Positions 7,578 to 16,453 of a stretch of 64,000 bases of DNA are shown here, one piece after another; the first letter of the stretch is position 1, and every line of letters starts with the position of its first letter. Below the pieces are notes generated by a model. It ran no database searches. It was given only the letters and a program-made list of their open reading frames with translations, and was not told the origin of the DNA. Location of the stretch: positions 512,001 through 576,000 of the forward strand of contig CBDHDG010000006.1 of assembly GCA_965261595.1 (NCBI GenBank), written 5' to 3'. Both the position numbers and the translations under genes were made by a program. This stretch comes from a bacterium. Lineage in GTDB: Bacteria > UBA8248 > JACPRG01 > G963555815.

Positions 7578-10367
7578 CTATGGCTTTTTCTTCCACAGCA
7601 GGTCCAGGACCTTTTCCGGCGTTGCGGGCAGGTCCATCACCCGGACGCCCACGGCGTCATAGATGGCGTTGATGATCGCGGGGGCCGTCGGCAGGAGGCC
7701 CGCCTCGGCGAAGCCCTTGGCGCCGAAGGCCCCCTCGGGCTCGGGGTCCTGCACGATCATCTGCTCGATTTCCGGCATGTCCTTCAAGGTCGGGATCCCC
7801 GCCTGCGTGAGGGTTTGCGTGACGGGCCGCCCTTGGTCCATTTCATACCGCTCGGACAAGGCGTAGCCGAGGCCCATTGCGACGCACCCTTCGATCTGAC
7901 CCTCGAGGCCTTGCGGGTAGATGATGCGGCCGCAGTCCGCTGCGGCGATGATCTTGAGGACCTTCACCGCGCCGGTCTTCTCGTCCACCTCGACGATGGC
8001 CCCGTTGGCCACGAAGGAGAAGGCGAGATAGTTGCGGTAGTCGTCCGGGTCCACGTCGGAGGCGTCTTCGAGCAGGTTGTAGGTGCGGGGACTCATGTAC
8101 TTGTGGTCGGCTTGCAGGGACACCCCCTTGGCGGCGGCCCGATCGGCCACGGCCTTGTTTGCGGCGACGAGTTGTCCGCCCTTCGAATAAAAGGCCCGGC
8201 CGTCTCTCCACTCGATATCTTCGGCGGCGATCTCGAACTCCCCGGCGACGAAGCCCATGAGCTTCTCCCGGAACGCCCGCGCCGCGCCGACGGTGGCGTT
8301 GCCCGTGAAGAGGGTCTGGCGGGACGCGCTCGTTTGGCCCCCGTCGGGGGTGGTTTCCGTGTCCGGGGTCATGACGACGACCTCGTCGTACGGGATGCCC
8401 AGGGTCTCGGCGGCCATCTGGGCGACCACGGTGGTGCACCCCTCGCCCAAGTCGGCGGCCCCGCAGCGGACCTGAAGACGCCCCTCTCCGGTCAGCTCCA
8501 CTACGGCGCCGGCATGGTCCGGCACCCCCTGGCCGATGCCGCAATTCTTGAACGCCCCCGCCACGCCGACCCCGATCTTATCGCCCCCGCCGTTCGGACG
8601 ATGGGCCGAGAGGGCCTCGCGGAGCTGATTCAGGCATTCTTTGTAACCCACGCTCGCCTGGAGGACTTGCCCCGTGGAGATGGGTTTGCCCGGTTCCAGG
8701 GCGTTGCGGAGCCGGATCTCGATGGGGTCCAGGCCCAGCTCCCGGGCCAGGATGTCCAACTGGCTCTCCATGGCGAAGGTGGCCTGGTTGATCCCGAACC
8801 CCCGGAAGGCCCCGCAAGATGCCTTGTTGGTGTAGACGCGGATCCCCTCGATGTCGAGGTGCGGAACGTAGTAGGGGCCGGGGGCGAAGATGGCGCACTG
8901 GTGAATGATCATCGGACCGGCATAGGCGTAGGCGCCTCCATCGGCCGTGATCCGCGCTTGCAGCGCCGTGAGCTTTCCGTCCTTCGTCGCCCCGGTCTTA
9001 TAGCGCAGGCGCATGGCGTGTTTTTTGTGGTGGATGAGAAAGGACTCCGCCCGCGTTGTGGTGAGCTTGACCGGCCGGCCCGTCCGCATGGCCCCCAGGA
9101 GAACGTAGGGGTGCAAGGTGATGTCTTCCTTGCCCCCGAAGGCCCCCCCGATGGCCGGAATGATGAGCCGAATCTTCTCCACGGGCAGGTTCAGGATTTC
9201 GGTCAGCTGGTTCCGATCCCGGAACGGGGCCTGGGTGGCGATCCACAGCGTGGCCACCCCCCTTTCGTCCACGAAGCCAACGGCGGATTCCGGCTCGATG
9301 AAGGCGTGATCCACGCATGAGATGCCGTACTCGTTCTCGACGACGATGTCCGAATCGGCGAAGGCCTTGGCCGCGTCGCCCCGTTTGACCTCGACCCGCG
9401 CCAGGATGTTCCCGGTCTCGTTCTCCGGGTGGACGAGGGGCGCGCCCTCCTTCAGGGCTTCCGCGCTGTCGAAGACGGCGGGCAGCTCCCGATACGCCAC
9501 GCGGATCTTCTTCACGGCCTCGCGGCCGGCCTCCTCGGTCTCGGCGTAAACGGCCGCAACCACGTCGGTCCGCGCCCGCACCCGGTCATCGGCGAAGATG
9601 GGTTTGTCTTTGACCTTCACCCCGGTGAGATTGGTCCCCGGAAGGTCCTTGGCCGTCAGAACGCAGACAACCCCGGGGGCCTTCTCGGCCTCGGTCGTGT
9701 CGATGGAAAGGATCTCGGCGTGGGGGTGCTCGCTGAACAGCAGCTTGCAGTGGATCATCCCGTTGAGGTAGATGTCGTCGGCGAAACGGGCCTCCCCGGT
9801 GACTTTCGGGGCGCCGTCTTTGGGAGAAACGGCGACGCCGATGACCCCCTCGGTCTCCTGAACCACCTGGGTCCTCACCGGGGGCCATTTCCCCTCGGCC
9901 AGGAAGGCGGCGGCGTCCTCCACCGCTTGAACCACTTTGACATACCCCGTGCAGCGGCACAGCACGCCGGACAGGGCCTCTCGGATCTCCTCGGTCGTCG
10001 GCCGGGGGTTTTCGTCGAGGAGGGCCTTGGCCGCCATGATGAACCCCGGGGAGCAAAAGCCGCATTGCACCGCTCCGGCGCGGACGAAGGCCTCCTGAAC
10101 GGGATGGAGGGTGCCATTCCGGGCCAGGCCCTCGACGGTCTCCACCCGTTTCCCCTCCACCTGGGCCATCTCCATCAGGCAGGCCCTTTGGGGGCGGCCG
10201 TCCACAATCACCGTGCACGTCCCGCAGTCTCCGTCGCCCGGCGTGCAGCCGATCTTGGTCCCGGTCAGGCGGCGGTCATCACGCAGATGCCGGACCAAAG
10301 ACCGCTTCGAGGGGACGTCCGCCGTGACCGGCTCGCCGTTCAGCTCAAAGGAAACGCTCTCGCTCAT
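7578..10367 (-). CDS. Fused 2x[2Fe-2S]/molybdopterin oxidoreductase (aldehyde oxidoreductase/xanthine dehydrogenase type)
   Basis: GTKIGC...GDCGTC, QCGFC, CRCTGY, then GGAFGGKED, GAFRGFG, GQIEG, GAKGFAE; start MSESVSF with GAGAGGAG RBS. Confidence 0.92.
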   Translation of the reverse strand: MSESVSFELNGEPVTADVPSKRSLVRHLRDDRRLTGTKIGCTPGDGDCGTCTVIVDGRPQRACLMEMAQVEGKRVETVEGLARNGTLHPVQEAFVRAGAVQCGFCSPGFIMAAKALLDENPRPTTEEIREALSGVLCRCTGYVKVVQAVEDAAAFLAEGKWPPVRTQVVQETEGVIGVAVSPKDGAPKVTGEARFADDIYLNGMIHCKLLFSEHPHAEILSIDTTEAEKAPGVVCVLTAKDLPGTNLTGVKVKDKPIFADDRVRARTDVVAAVYAETEEAGREAVKKIRVAYRELPAVFDSAEALKEGAPLVHPENETGNILARVEVKRGDAAKAFADSDIVVENEYGISCVDHAFIEPESAVGFVDERGVATLWIATQAPFRDRNQLTEILNLPVEKIRLIIPAIGGAFGGKEDITLHPYVLLGAMRTGRPVKLTTTRAESFLIHHKKHAMRLRYKTGATKDGKLTALQARITADGGAYAYAGPMIIHQCAIFAPGPYYVPHLDIEGIRVYTNKASCGAFRGFGINQATFAMESQLDILARELGLDPIEIRLRNALEPGKPISTGQVLQASVGYKECLNQLREALSAHRPNGGGDKIGVGVAGAFKNCGIGQGVPDHAGAVVELTGEGRLQVRCGAADLGEGCTTVVAQMAAETLGIPYDEVVVMTPDTETTPDGGQTSASRQTLFTGNATVGAARAFREKLMGFVAGEFEIAAEDIEWRDGRAFYSKGGQLVAANKAVADRAAAKGVSLQADHKYMSPRTYNLLEDASDVDPDDYRNYLAFSFVANGAIVEVDEKTGAVKVLKIIAAADCGRIIYPQGLEGQIEGCVAMGLGYALSERYEMDQGRPVTQTLTQAGIPTLKDMPEIEQMIVQDPEPEGAFGAKGFAEAGLLPTAPAIINAIYDAVGVRVMDLPATPEKVLDLLWKKKP

Positions 10368-10877
10368 CGCTCCTCTCCCGCACAAAGGGGGCTCCGGGGG
10401 CGCCTCTTGCCTATCCCGGAAACCGTGTTTGGCACATCCCGGCTTAAGACGAAGCCCAGACCGGACAATGTTCACCCGGCCGATGGAAGGCTCGCATTCA
10501 TTCTCCCATCGCGGAAAGACGCCGTTCGGGGTCCAGGATTCTTCGGCTTCGCGATGCCGCCGCCTTCCTCAACTCGGATCTTTCGTGGAATCATAACGTC
10601 ATTTCGGTCAGAGATCGAAAAAAATACCGGGCATCCGGTATGATCCGGCAGACCGGCTTCATGGGGAAAACGGCGTGTTGTTCATACCGACTGGCGGTCG
10701 ACCCGCCCTGATGCGGGCTTCAAGAAGCTGTTGACCGGGACATTGGAAGAGGTTCAATGTGTCCAATTGGCGATGGGGATCGGAAAGATATCGCCCGCGG
10801 GATGAAATGGAAAAATATCCCTGGAGAGGCAGGCCTCCGGTTTGGTCTTGTAGGGTCGCGGGAAAGGGAGACATTCC

Positions 10878-11726
10878 ATGATTCGCAGAGAATGGGAAGG
10901 GGATTTCGTTCTCATCCCTCAGCCGGAGCACGCCCGGCTCTCGGGCGTCCTGGCGGAGCACTGGGGCGCCGGTGAATTCGTCCGCCCCGAACCCTGGGAT
11001 GAAGTTCTTCTGGCGACTTACGAGCACGACGAAGGCTGGGTGGAATGGGAGAAAAGACCCACCCTGGACGCGGACCATTTTTTGGTCAACTTCAACAGAA
11101 CCCCTCTGGAAGTCACCATCGACAACTTCCGGCGCACCGTGGAGAAGGCCTACAAGAAGGGACGCCCTTACGCGGCCGCGCTGGTCAATCGCCACGCGAT
11201 CAACGTGTATGAGCTCGTTCTAAGTCTCCGCGGTTTGGGGCCGGAAGAAGAAGCCAAAATCCACGGCTATGTCTCGGAACTGGAAGGCAGGCAGGCGGAG
11301 ATCTTCCGCGAATTGGCGGGTCAGCCGGAATTCGAGCGGGCGATGACGGATGAAGCCGTCCACCGAAACGGCCGGTTCGTGACGGTGCTGGACTTGCTCT
11401 CGCTCATCCTGTGCAACGGTTGGACCCACCTGGACCGGATGGCGGGCGTCCCCATGGGGGAAGACCACTTTGGCGACATCGGCGTCAAGTGGGCCGACCC
11501 GGGGGGTCCCGACCCCGGGGGTCCAGACCCCGTGGGTCCCGGCCCGGTGAGTCCAATCGGGATGTGTCTCGAACTGACGCCCTGGCCCTTCAGCCGCGAT
11601 TCGCTCGAAGGATCCGCCCAGGGTCTCCGCATCCCCGGGCATCCGTTCGACACGGAGGAGGACCTCCACGCCGCTTTGCGGGAAGCCCCCCCGTTCGAGA
11701 TGAGTTTTCGTGTGATCCCCGGTTGA
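10878..11726 (+). CDS. DUF3891-family protein
   Basis: MIRR...LI.Q..HA.LSG.LA.HWG...HDEGW..WE..P; D.LSL.LC; PWPF. Confidence 0.75.
   Translation: MIRREWEGDFVLIPQPEHARLSGVLAEHWGAGEFVRPEPWDEVLLATYEHDEGWVEWEKRPTLDADHFLVNFNRTPLEVTIDNFRRTVEKAYKKGRPYAAALVNRHAINVYELVLSLRGLGPEEEAKIHGYVSELEGRQAEIFRELAGQPEFERAMTDEAVHRNGRFVTVLDLLSLILCNGWTHLDRMAGVPMGEDHFGDIGVKWADPGGPDPGGPDPVGPGPVSPIGMCLELTPWPFSRDSLEGSAQGLRIPGHPFDTEEDLHAALREAPPFEMSFRVIPG
11496..11555 (+). repeat. Four in-frame 15-nt tandem repeats (DPGGP-DPGGP-DPVGP-GPVSP)
   Basis: GACCCGGGGGGTCCC / GACCCCGGGGGTCCA / GACCCCGTGGGTCCC / GGCCCGGTGAGTCCA. Confidence 0.85.
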
Positions 11727-11856
11727 ATTCACCCCCCGGGTCTCCATGGGGTCCAGCCCCGGATGGGGCCTTGCGTCGGAAGGGGTCTTGCCCCGAAAGG
11801 GGCTTTGCGCCGGAGACGGCGGCTGAAATTTCGTTTCTTTTGAGGATTGCGGGAAA

Positions 11857-13200
11857 GTGAACAACCGAACAGCCAAACGCGGACAGCGGGCCATCGTGAT
11901 TGGCGGCAGCTTCGCCGGATTGATGGCGGCCCGGGTTCTCAGCGATCACTTCGAGCGGGTCACACTCATCGAGCGCGACGAAATCAACGACCGGCCCGAA
12001 GCGCGCAAGGGACAGCCCCAGGTCCGTCACCCGCACACCGTGCTGGCCAACGGACTGAATGTGCTGACCCGGTACTTTCCCGATCTGCCTGACGCATTGC
12101 GCAAGGGCGGTGCCTCCATTACGGATGTGGGAACCGCCATCCGCTGGCACGTTTCCGGCGGCTACCGGCGGCAATTCAAGAGCGGCGTGTATTTCGCCTT
12201 GGCGAGCCGGCCGTTCCTCGAGTGGGAGGTTCGCCGCCGCGTGTTCTCCCTGCCCAACGTCTCCGCGGTTGACCGCTCCACGGTCACGGCCCTGCTCTCG
12301 AGCGGCAAAGGCGGCCGCGTCACCGGGGTGCGGACCGTCCGCCGGGGCGAGAACAGCCGGGAAGAGGAGTGGGCGGCCGAATTGGTGATTGACGCCACGG
12401 GTCGCGGGTCCGCCGGACTGAGATGGCTGGAGGCGTTGGGTTACGCCGGCCCGGAGGAGAACGCCGTCAAGATCGGCCTTGGCTACACCACGCGCATCTA
12501 CCGCCGCCGGCCCGGTGATCTCGTAGGCGCGGAGTTGATCATCATCGCGGCCGCTCCGCCGGGCACCAAGCGCGCCGGCCTCTTTGCCCCGATGGAGGAT
12601 GACCGCTGGAACGTATCGCTGGTCGGCTGGGGAGGCGATCACGCCCCGGCCGACGAGGCGGGTTTCCTCGAATTCGCCCGCGGCCTGGCCGCGCCGGACA
12701 TCTACAACATCCTCCCTCACCTTGAGCCCCTGACCGATTTCTTCCACCATAAAACCCCGTCCAATCTGCGCCGCGAGTATCAGAAATTAACCCGATTTCC
12801 GGGCGGCTATCTTGTCCTGGGGGACGCCATCGCCAGTTTCAATCCGTTCTATGCGCAAGCGATGGCCTCGGCCGCACTGCAAGCGGCCGTACTGGACGAG
12901 GTCTTGACCGGCCGCGGGCCGTTGGACACGCTGTGGAAGCCGTTCTTCAAACGGACGGCCAAGGTGGTGGACCTCGCGTGGGCATTAGCGGCGGGCCAGG
13001 ATTTCAATTTCCCGGAAACCCGGGGCAGGAAGACCCGCGGGACTAATCTGAAAAATGCCTACATGGCCAAATTACAGCGGGCGACACAGCGCGATACGGT
13101 TGTGTATGGCGCGTTTCTGAGAGTTGCCAATCTGTTGGCCCCCCGGAAGAGCCTGTTCCAACCGCCCATCATGTGGCGGGTGCTTCGGGGGGGAAAGTGA
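11857..13200 (+). CDS. FAD-dependent oxidoreductase/monooxygenase (LasC-like epoxidase/UbiH-related family)
   Basis: AIVIGGSFAGL Rossmann motif, RKGQPQVRH.H, LVIDATGRGS, LGDAIASFNPFYAQAM. Confidence 0.85.
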   Translation: MNNRTAKRGQRAIVIGGSFAGLMAARVLSDHFERVTLIERDEINDRPEARKGQPQVRHPHTVLANGLNVLTRYFPDLPDALRKGGASITDVGTAIRWHVSGGYRRQFKSGVYFALASRPFLEWEVRRRVFSLPNVSAVDRSTVTALLSSGKGGRVTGVRTVRRGENSREEEWAAELVIDATGRGSAGLRWLEALGYAGPEENAVKIGLGYTTRIYRRRPGDLVGAELIIIAAAPPGTKRAGLFAPMEDDRWNVSLVGWGGDHAPADEAGFLEFARGLAAPDIYNILPHLEPLTDFFHHKTPSNLRREYQKLTRFPGGYLVLGDAIASFNPFYAQAMASAALQAAVLDEVLTGRGPLDTLWKPFFKRTAKVVDLAWALAAGQDFNFPETRGRKTRGTNLKNAYMAKLQRATQRDTVVYGAFLRVANLLAPRKSLFQPPIMWRVLRGGK

Positions 13201-13232
13201 ACATCATCGATGGAATGACCTTCGCGGAGGGG

Positions 13233-13290
13233 GGGGACGACCATACTTATCTTTAAAAGAAATTAAGTATGGTGTCCCCAGAATCCCCCA
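13233..13290. repeat. RAYT-associated REP-like doublet
   Basis: GGGGACGACCATACTTA...TAAGTATGGTGTCCCC inverted pair around an AT-rich spacer, followed by AGAATCCCCCA. Confidence 0.7.
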
Positions 13291-13305
13291 GTAGGCATTT
13301 CCCAC

Positions 13306-13536
13306 ATCGAGGAGGGCAAGTACGTCCTGAACTGGACGCGCCTGTCCTGCCACGGCTTTGAAGAAAATCCGGTTCGCCTGCAACTGTTTACCTTGGCGTA
13401 CAACCTGGGAAATTTCCTGCGGAGGCTGGCATGGCCGAGAGCGGTGAAGCACCGGTCGCTGACAACTCTTCGGGAAAAGCTGATTAAGATCGGTGCGAAG
13501 GTGGCTACCCATGACGTGACGGAGCCAGAGGAATAA
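13306..13536 (+). pseudogene. IS1380-family transposase C-terminal fragment
   Basis: IEEGKYVLNWTRLSCHGFEENPVRLQLFTLAYNLGNFLRRLAWPRAVKHRSLTTLREKLIKIGAKV, the characteristic IS1380 C-terminal block; no start codon. Confidence 0.85.
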
Positions 13537-13643
13537 GTCTGTGCCGATTTCCTGTGAGCGTGGCGGTAGAGTTGGGTTCCCCCGCTCTAGGGTTTTGTTG
13601 GACACTCGATTGATCCATGATTCATGGAGAAAGGGGTGTCGCG

Positions 13644-14030
13644 ATGAACGAACAAAAGCAAGAGGGGGCTTTGGCGGAGGGCGCCCGCAGGGCGAACGGA
13701 GCCAAGGCCCCAGGGCATCGCAGTGAGCGGGGTCGGTTCTCCTGCCAGCGCAAGCGGGAGGCGGTCCTGCGTCTTTTGCGGGGCGAGAGCCTGGAGACGC
13801 TCTGCCGCGAGTTGGGCACGACAGCGGCTCGGCTTTCCGCCTGGCGCGAGGCGTTCCTTCGCGGGGGCGAGGCGGCACTCAAAGCCCGCCCGGCGGATGA
13901 GCGGGACGAGGAGAACGCCCGGCTCAAGGCCAAGGTGGGCGAACTCACGATGGAGGGCGAGGTCCTGCGGGAGAAGATCGACCGCCTGGAGGCCGGCCGC
14001 CCTTTAGCCGGCAGGAGGTGGAGGCGATGA
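13644..14030 (+). CDS. IS3-family transposase OrfA (HTH)
   Basis: RKREAVLRLLRGESLE.L.RELG.TAA.LS.WRE.F...G...LK...LKAKVGELTME. Confidence 0.88.
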   Translation: MNEQKQEGALAEGARRANGAKAPGHRSERGRFSCQRKREAVLRLLRGESLETLCRELGTTAARLSAWREAFLRGGEAALKARPADERDEENARLKAKVGELTMEGEVLREKIDRLEAGRPLAGRRWRR

Positions 14031-14935
14031 GTCAGGCCCGCTTCACCTCCACGGGCAGAGCCTACGGCCTGAAGCGGGTGTGCGCCCTTTGGGGCTTGGC
14101 GCGCTCCACGGTCTACGCGCAACGGCGGCGAGAGGCGGTCCCCGTTCATGAACGCCCCACGCCCAATAAGCGCGGCCCTGTGGGCCCGTGCACCGATGCG
14201 GAACTCCTCGGCCACATCCGGCAGGTCCTGGAGGACTCTCCCTTCCATGGCGAGGGCTACCGCAAGGTGTGGGCGAGGCTGCGCTTCGCGGGCATCCGCA
14301 CCAGCAAGGAGCGGGTGCGTCGCCTGATGCGGGAGGCGGGGCTTCAGGCCCCCCACCGGGTGGGCAAACCCCGAGGTCCCAAGGCCCACAACGGGACCAT
14401 CCGCACCGAGCGGCCCGACCGAATGTGGGGCACGGACATGACGACGACGGTGACCACCGAGGAGGGGATGGCCTCGGTGTTCGTGGCGGTGGATCACTGC
14501 TCGGTGGACTGCGTGGGGATCCATGCGGCCAAGAGCGGCAACCGCTTCGAGGCCCTGGAGCCGATCCGGCAGGGGGTCGCCGAGCGCTTCGCCGGCTTGG
14601 AGGCGGACGTCGCCGAGGGGCTTAAAGTTCGTCACGACCACGGCCCCGCCTATCTGTCCGATGACTTTCAGCGGGAGATCGCCTACCTGGGCATGACCAG
14701 TTCGCCCAGCTTCGTGCGGGCGCCCGAGGGAAATGGCTACTGTGAGTGGTTCATCCGCATCTTGAAGGAGAATCTCCTGTGGGTGCGCTCTTTCGCCACC
14801 GTAGAGGAACTGCGGTGGGCGCTGCTTGAGTTCAAGAACCTGTACAACCATCATTGGATTCTCGAGGGCTACGGCTACCGAACGCCGGCCCAGGCAAGGC
14901 AGGAAAAACTCGCTCAAGTTGCGGAGGCCGCATGA
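14027..14935 (+). CDS. IS3-family transposase OrfB (DDE integrase core)
   Basis: GEGYRKVWARLR, WGTDMT, HDHGP.Y, PEGNG.CE; ATGA overlap with the orfA stop codon. Confidence 0.9.
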   Translation: MSQARFTSTGRAYGLKRVCALWGLARSTVYAQRRREAVPVHERPTPNKRGPVGPCTDAELLGHIRQVLEDSPFHGEGYRKVWARLRFAGIRTSKERVRRLMREAGLQAPHRVGKPRGPKAHNGTIRTERPDRMWGTDMTTTVTTEEGMASVFVAVDHCSVDCVGIHAAKSGNRFEALEPIRQGVAERFAGLEADVAEGLKVRHDHGPAYLSDDFQREIAYLGMTSSPSFVRAPEGNGYCEWFIRILKENLLWVRSFATVEELRWALLEFKNLYNHHWILEGYGYRTPAQARQEKLAQVAEAA

Positions 14936-15203
14936 GGTCGAATACCCTCACCCGAGTGTCCAATAACCCAGGGGCGGTCCAGGGTCTTCAAGAGATTTCG
15001 GCTTTGAGCCGGCCGTAGCCGCTCGATTGAGCAGAGGGTTCGGCAAAGAGACCCTGGATCAGTGTAAAATGAGCACCTTGATGACACATGAGGACCGCTG
15101 CATCGCTAAACTCTCGTCATCTGGGAAATCCCGGATTCATGTTGTTCGACACGAGAAATGAGATGTTCCTAACAGCCTTCGTCAAATGGGACAGTTTACA
15201 CCT

Positions 15204-15722
15204 ATGGAAAATGCGCGGACCCGAATGATCGAAGGAAAGTCCTCGCCGTTCCTCAAAGCCGGACGGGAACTCCGGTTCTGTTTGCTGGCCATGTCTTTGC
15301 TCTTCTCGGGCGGATGCGCCGCACTTCTCGCCGGAGGCGCGACCAGCACGCTCAAGGGGTTCGAGTATTCGGTTGAAAATATTGCCGATAGGAGTTTTAC
15401 AACGAGTCTGTCGACGCTGAAGCTTGCTTCTGTCGAGGCGCTGGATGAGATGGCCTTTCAACCTGAAACGCCCGTTCCGACCAAAACCGGCTTCCGCATC
15501 TTGGCAGCCACTCCCAAACTTGATATACAAGTTGATCTCAAGCGAGTCACGGACCGTGTCTCGCGGATCAGCGTGAACGCGAAGAGGGGATTTTTCCGGA
15601 AGGATCGCGCGACCGCGGCGGAGATCATCCGGATGAGAGGCGCCGTGATCGAGCGACGGGTTACAAAGGCCGAAACGGAAATCGGAAAATATTCAAGCCC
15701 CCTGATCCTCATGGCGCCGTAG
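15204..15722 (+). CDS. DUF3568-like lipoprotein (start uncertain)
   Basis: Hydrophobic stretch with lipobox-like SGGC, then ...I.V.L......SRISVNAK.GFF.KD.ATA.EII. Confidence 0.6.
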   Translation: MENARTRMIEGKSSPFLKAGRELRFCLLAMSLLFSGGCAALLAGGATSTLKGFEYSVENIADRSFTTSLSTLKLASVEALDEMAFQPETPVPTKTGFRILAATPKLDIQVDLKRVTDRVSRISVNAKRGFFRKDRATAAEIIRMRGAVIERRVTKAETEIGKYSSPLILMAP

Positions 15723-15846
15723 CGGTCTCGATGAAATCCATCAGCAACAGGCGAAGAGTGCTACGCCCAGGTCTCTGCAAATTTCCAACAGGCTGTACCC
15801 ATAGCGGAAACGGACCTTGCGGATGGTCCGGTCTGGGTAATCCGGG

Positions 15847-15867
15847 GGGACACCATCCTCATTTCTG
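15847..15867. repeat. REP-like motif copy downstream of the RAYT remnant
   Basis: GGGACACCATCCTCATTTCTG; 20/21 identical to 17383-17403. Confidence 0.75.
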
Positions 15868-15939
15868 CTTGCGCCCCCTTTTTCGCCCTGGCTCCGCCGT
15901 TGCAGGCTACGACCCAATGCCCCTCCGATTATCAGCGAT

Positions 15940-16217
15940 GGAGTTTTCCGGTGCCTCCCTAGAGCCCCTTCAAGCTTCCCAACAAAACCGTCATTCCCAA
16001 GGGTCTGCCTGTCCTGTCATGACGTCGTATCCTCTCGATCTCCTCCTCGGATACGCCACCCAGAAGAAAGTCCCTCCAATTCCCGACCCTTTCAAGCAGG
16101 GGCTTGACCTTCATCAGATAGTCGCCTCCGCCTGAGATATGCGCCGCTCCATGGATAAGCCCCGAGGTCCCCAGCCCGTACCGGATTGAGTTCCACGTAC
16201 AATGCGATTCTTGGCAT
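15940..16217 (-). pseudogene. Internally deleted, frameshifted REP-associated tyrosine transposase (RAYT/TnpA-REP, Y1 HUH)
   Basis: MPRIA start joined directly to YVELNPVRAG, then YPWS, then HISGGGDYLMKVKPLLERVGNWRDFL...IRRHDRTGRPLG in shifting frames. Confidence 0.8.
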
Positions 16218-16259
16218 GCACCGACACGATGGAGATGCAAACCAAAAGCCGAGAATAAT

Positions 16260-16276
16260 GTATGGTGTCCTAGAAT
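16260..16276. repeat. REP-like motif copy upstream of the RAYT remnant
   Basis: GTATGGTGTCCTAGAAT; same family as 13267-13284; inverted relative to the copies at 15847 and 17383. Confidence 0.7.
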
Positions 16277-16307
16277 CACCCTGGTCGGGCTTTCTGGTGC
16301 CCGAACG

Positions 16308-16341
16308 CCTGTTGACAGGTACCGGTAGAGGGTGATCTAAT
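16308..16341 (+). promoter_or_regulatory. Putative sigma70 promoter for the EamA gene, with a palindrome over the -35 box
   Basis: TTGACA-N18-TCTAAT; CCTGT-TG-ACAGG dyad at 16308-16319. Confidence 0.35.
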
Positions 16342-16453
16342 CGTGCTAAACAGCAGCGAATGGTAGGTGCAGGTCTGTCCGGATTTGAAATGGGAAAATT
16401 CCGGTCAGCATCTTTTTCGATCTCGTCCGGGGGACTGGAGTTCCGGCCGCCTC

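Larger units (their letters stand above)
13578..14981 (+). mobile_element. IS3-family insertion sequence
   Basis: Imperfect IRs sharing TTGGACACTCG/CGAGTGTCCAA; right end ...GGTCCA; flanking 4-bp direct repeat GGGT (13574-13577, 14982-14985); orfA plus orfB. Confidence 0.88.
13294..15132 (+). mobile_element. Internally deleted IS1380-family element, interrupted by an IS3-family element
   Basis: Terminal IRs GGCATTTCCCACAT (13294) and ATCTGGGAAATCCC (15119-15132) match at 12/14; contains a transposase C-terminal fragment. Confidence 0.65.

Noticed and set aside
7578..10367. Selenocysteine recoding in the molybdoenzymes
   Set aside because: Both ORFs are open and full length with no in-frame TGA
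10368..10877. Possible Moco riboswitch or sigma54 promoter upstream of the Mo-enzyme
   Set aside because: No recognisable riboswitch core; TGGCAC at ~10430 lacks the TTGC -12 element and faces away from the Mo-enzyme gene
11740..11760. CATGGGGTCC as a sixth REP copy upstream of the FAD oxidoreductase
   Set aside because: Only 8/10 match to TATGGTGTCC with no flanking similarity; too weak to support
15731..16135. 134-aa plus-strand ORF
   Set aside because: Runs through the REP and is antisense to the RAYT remnant; no coding features
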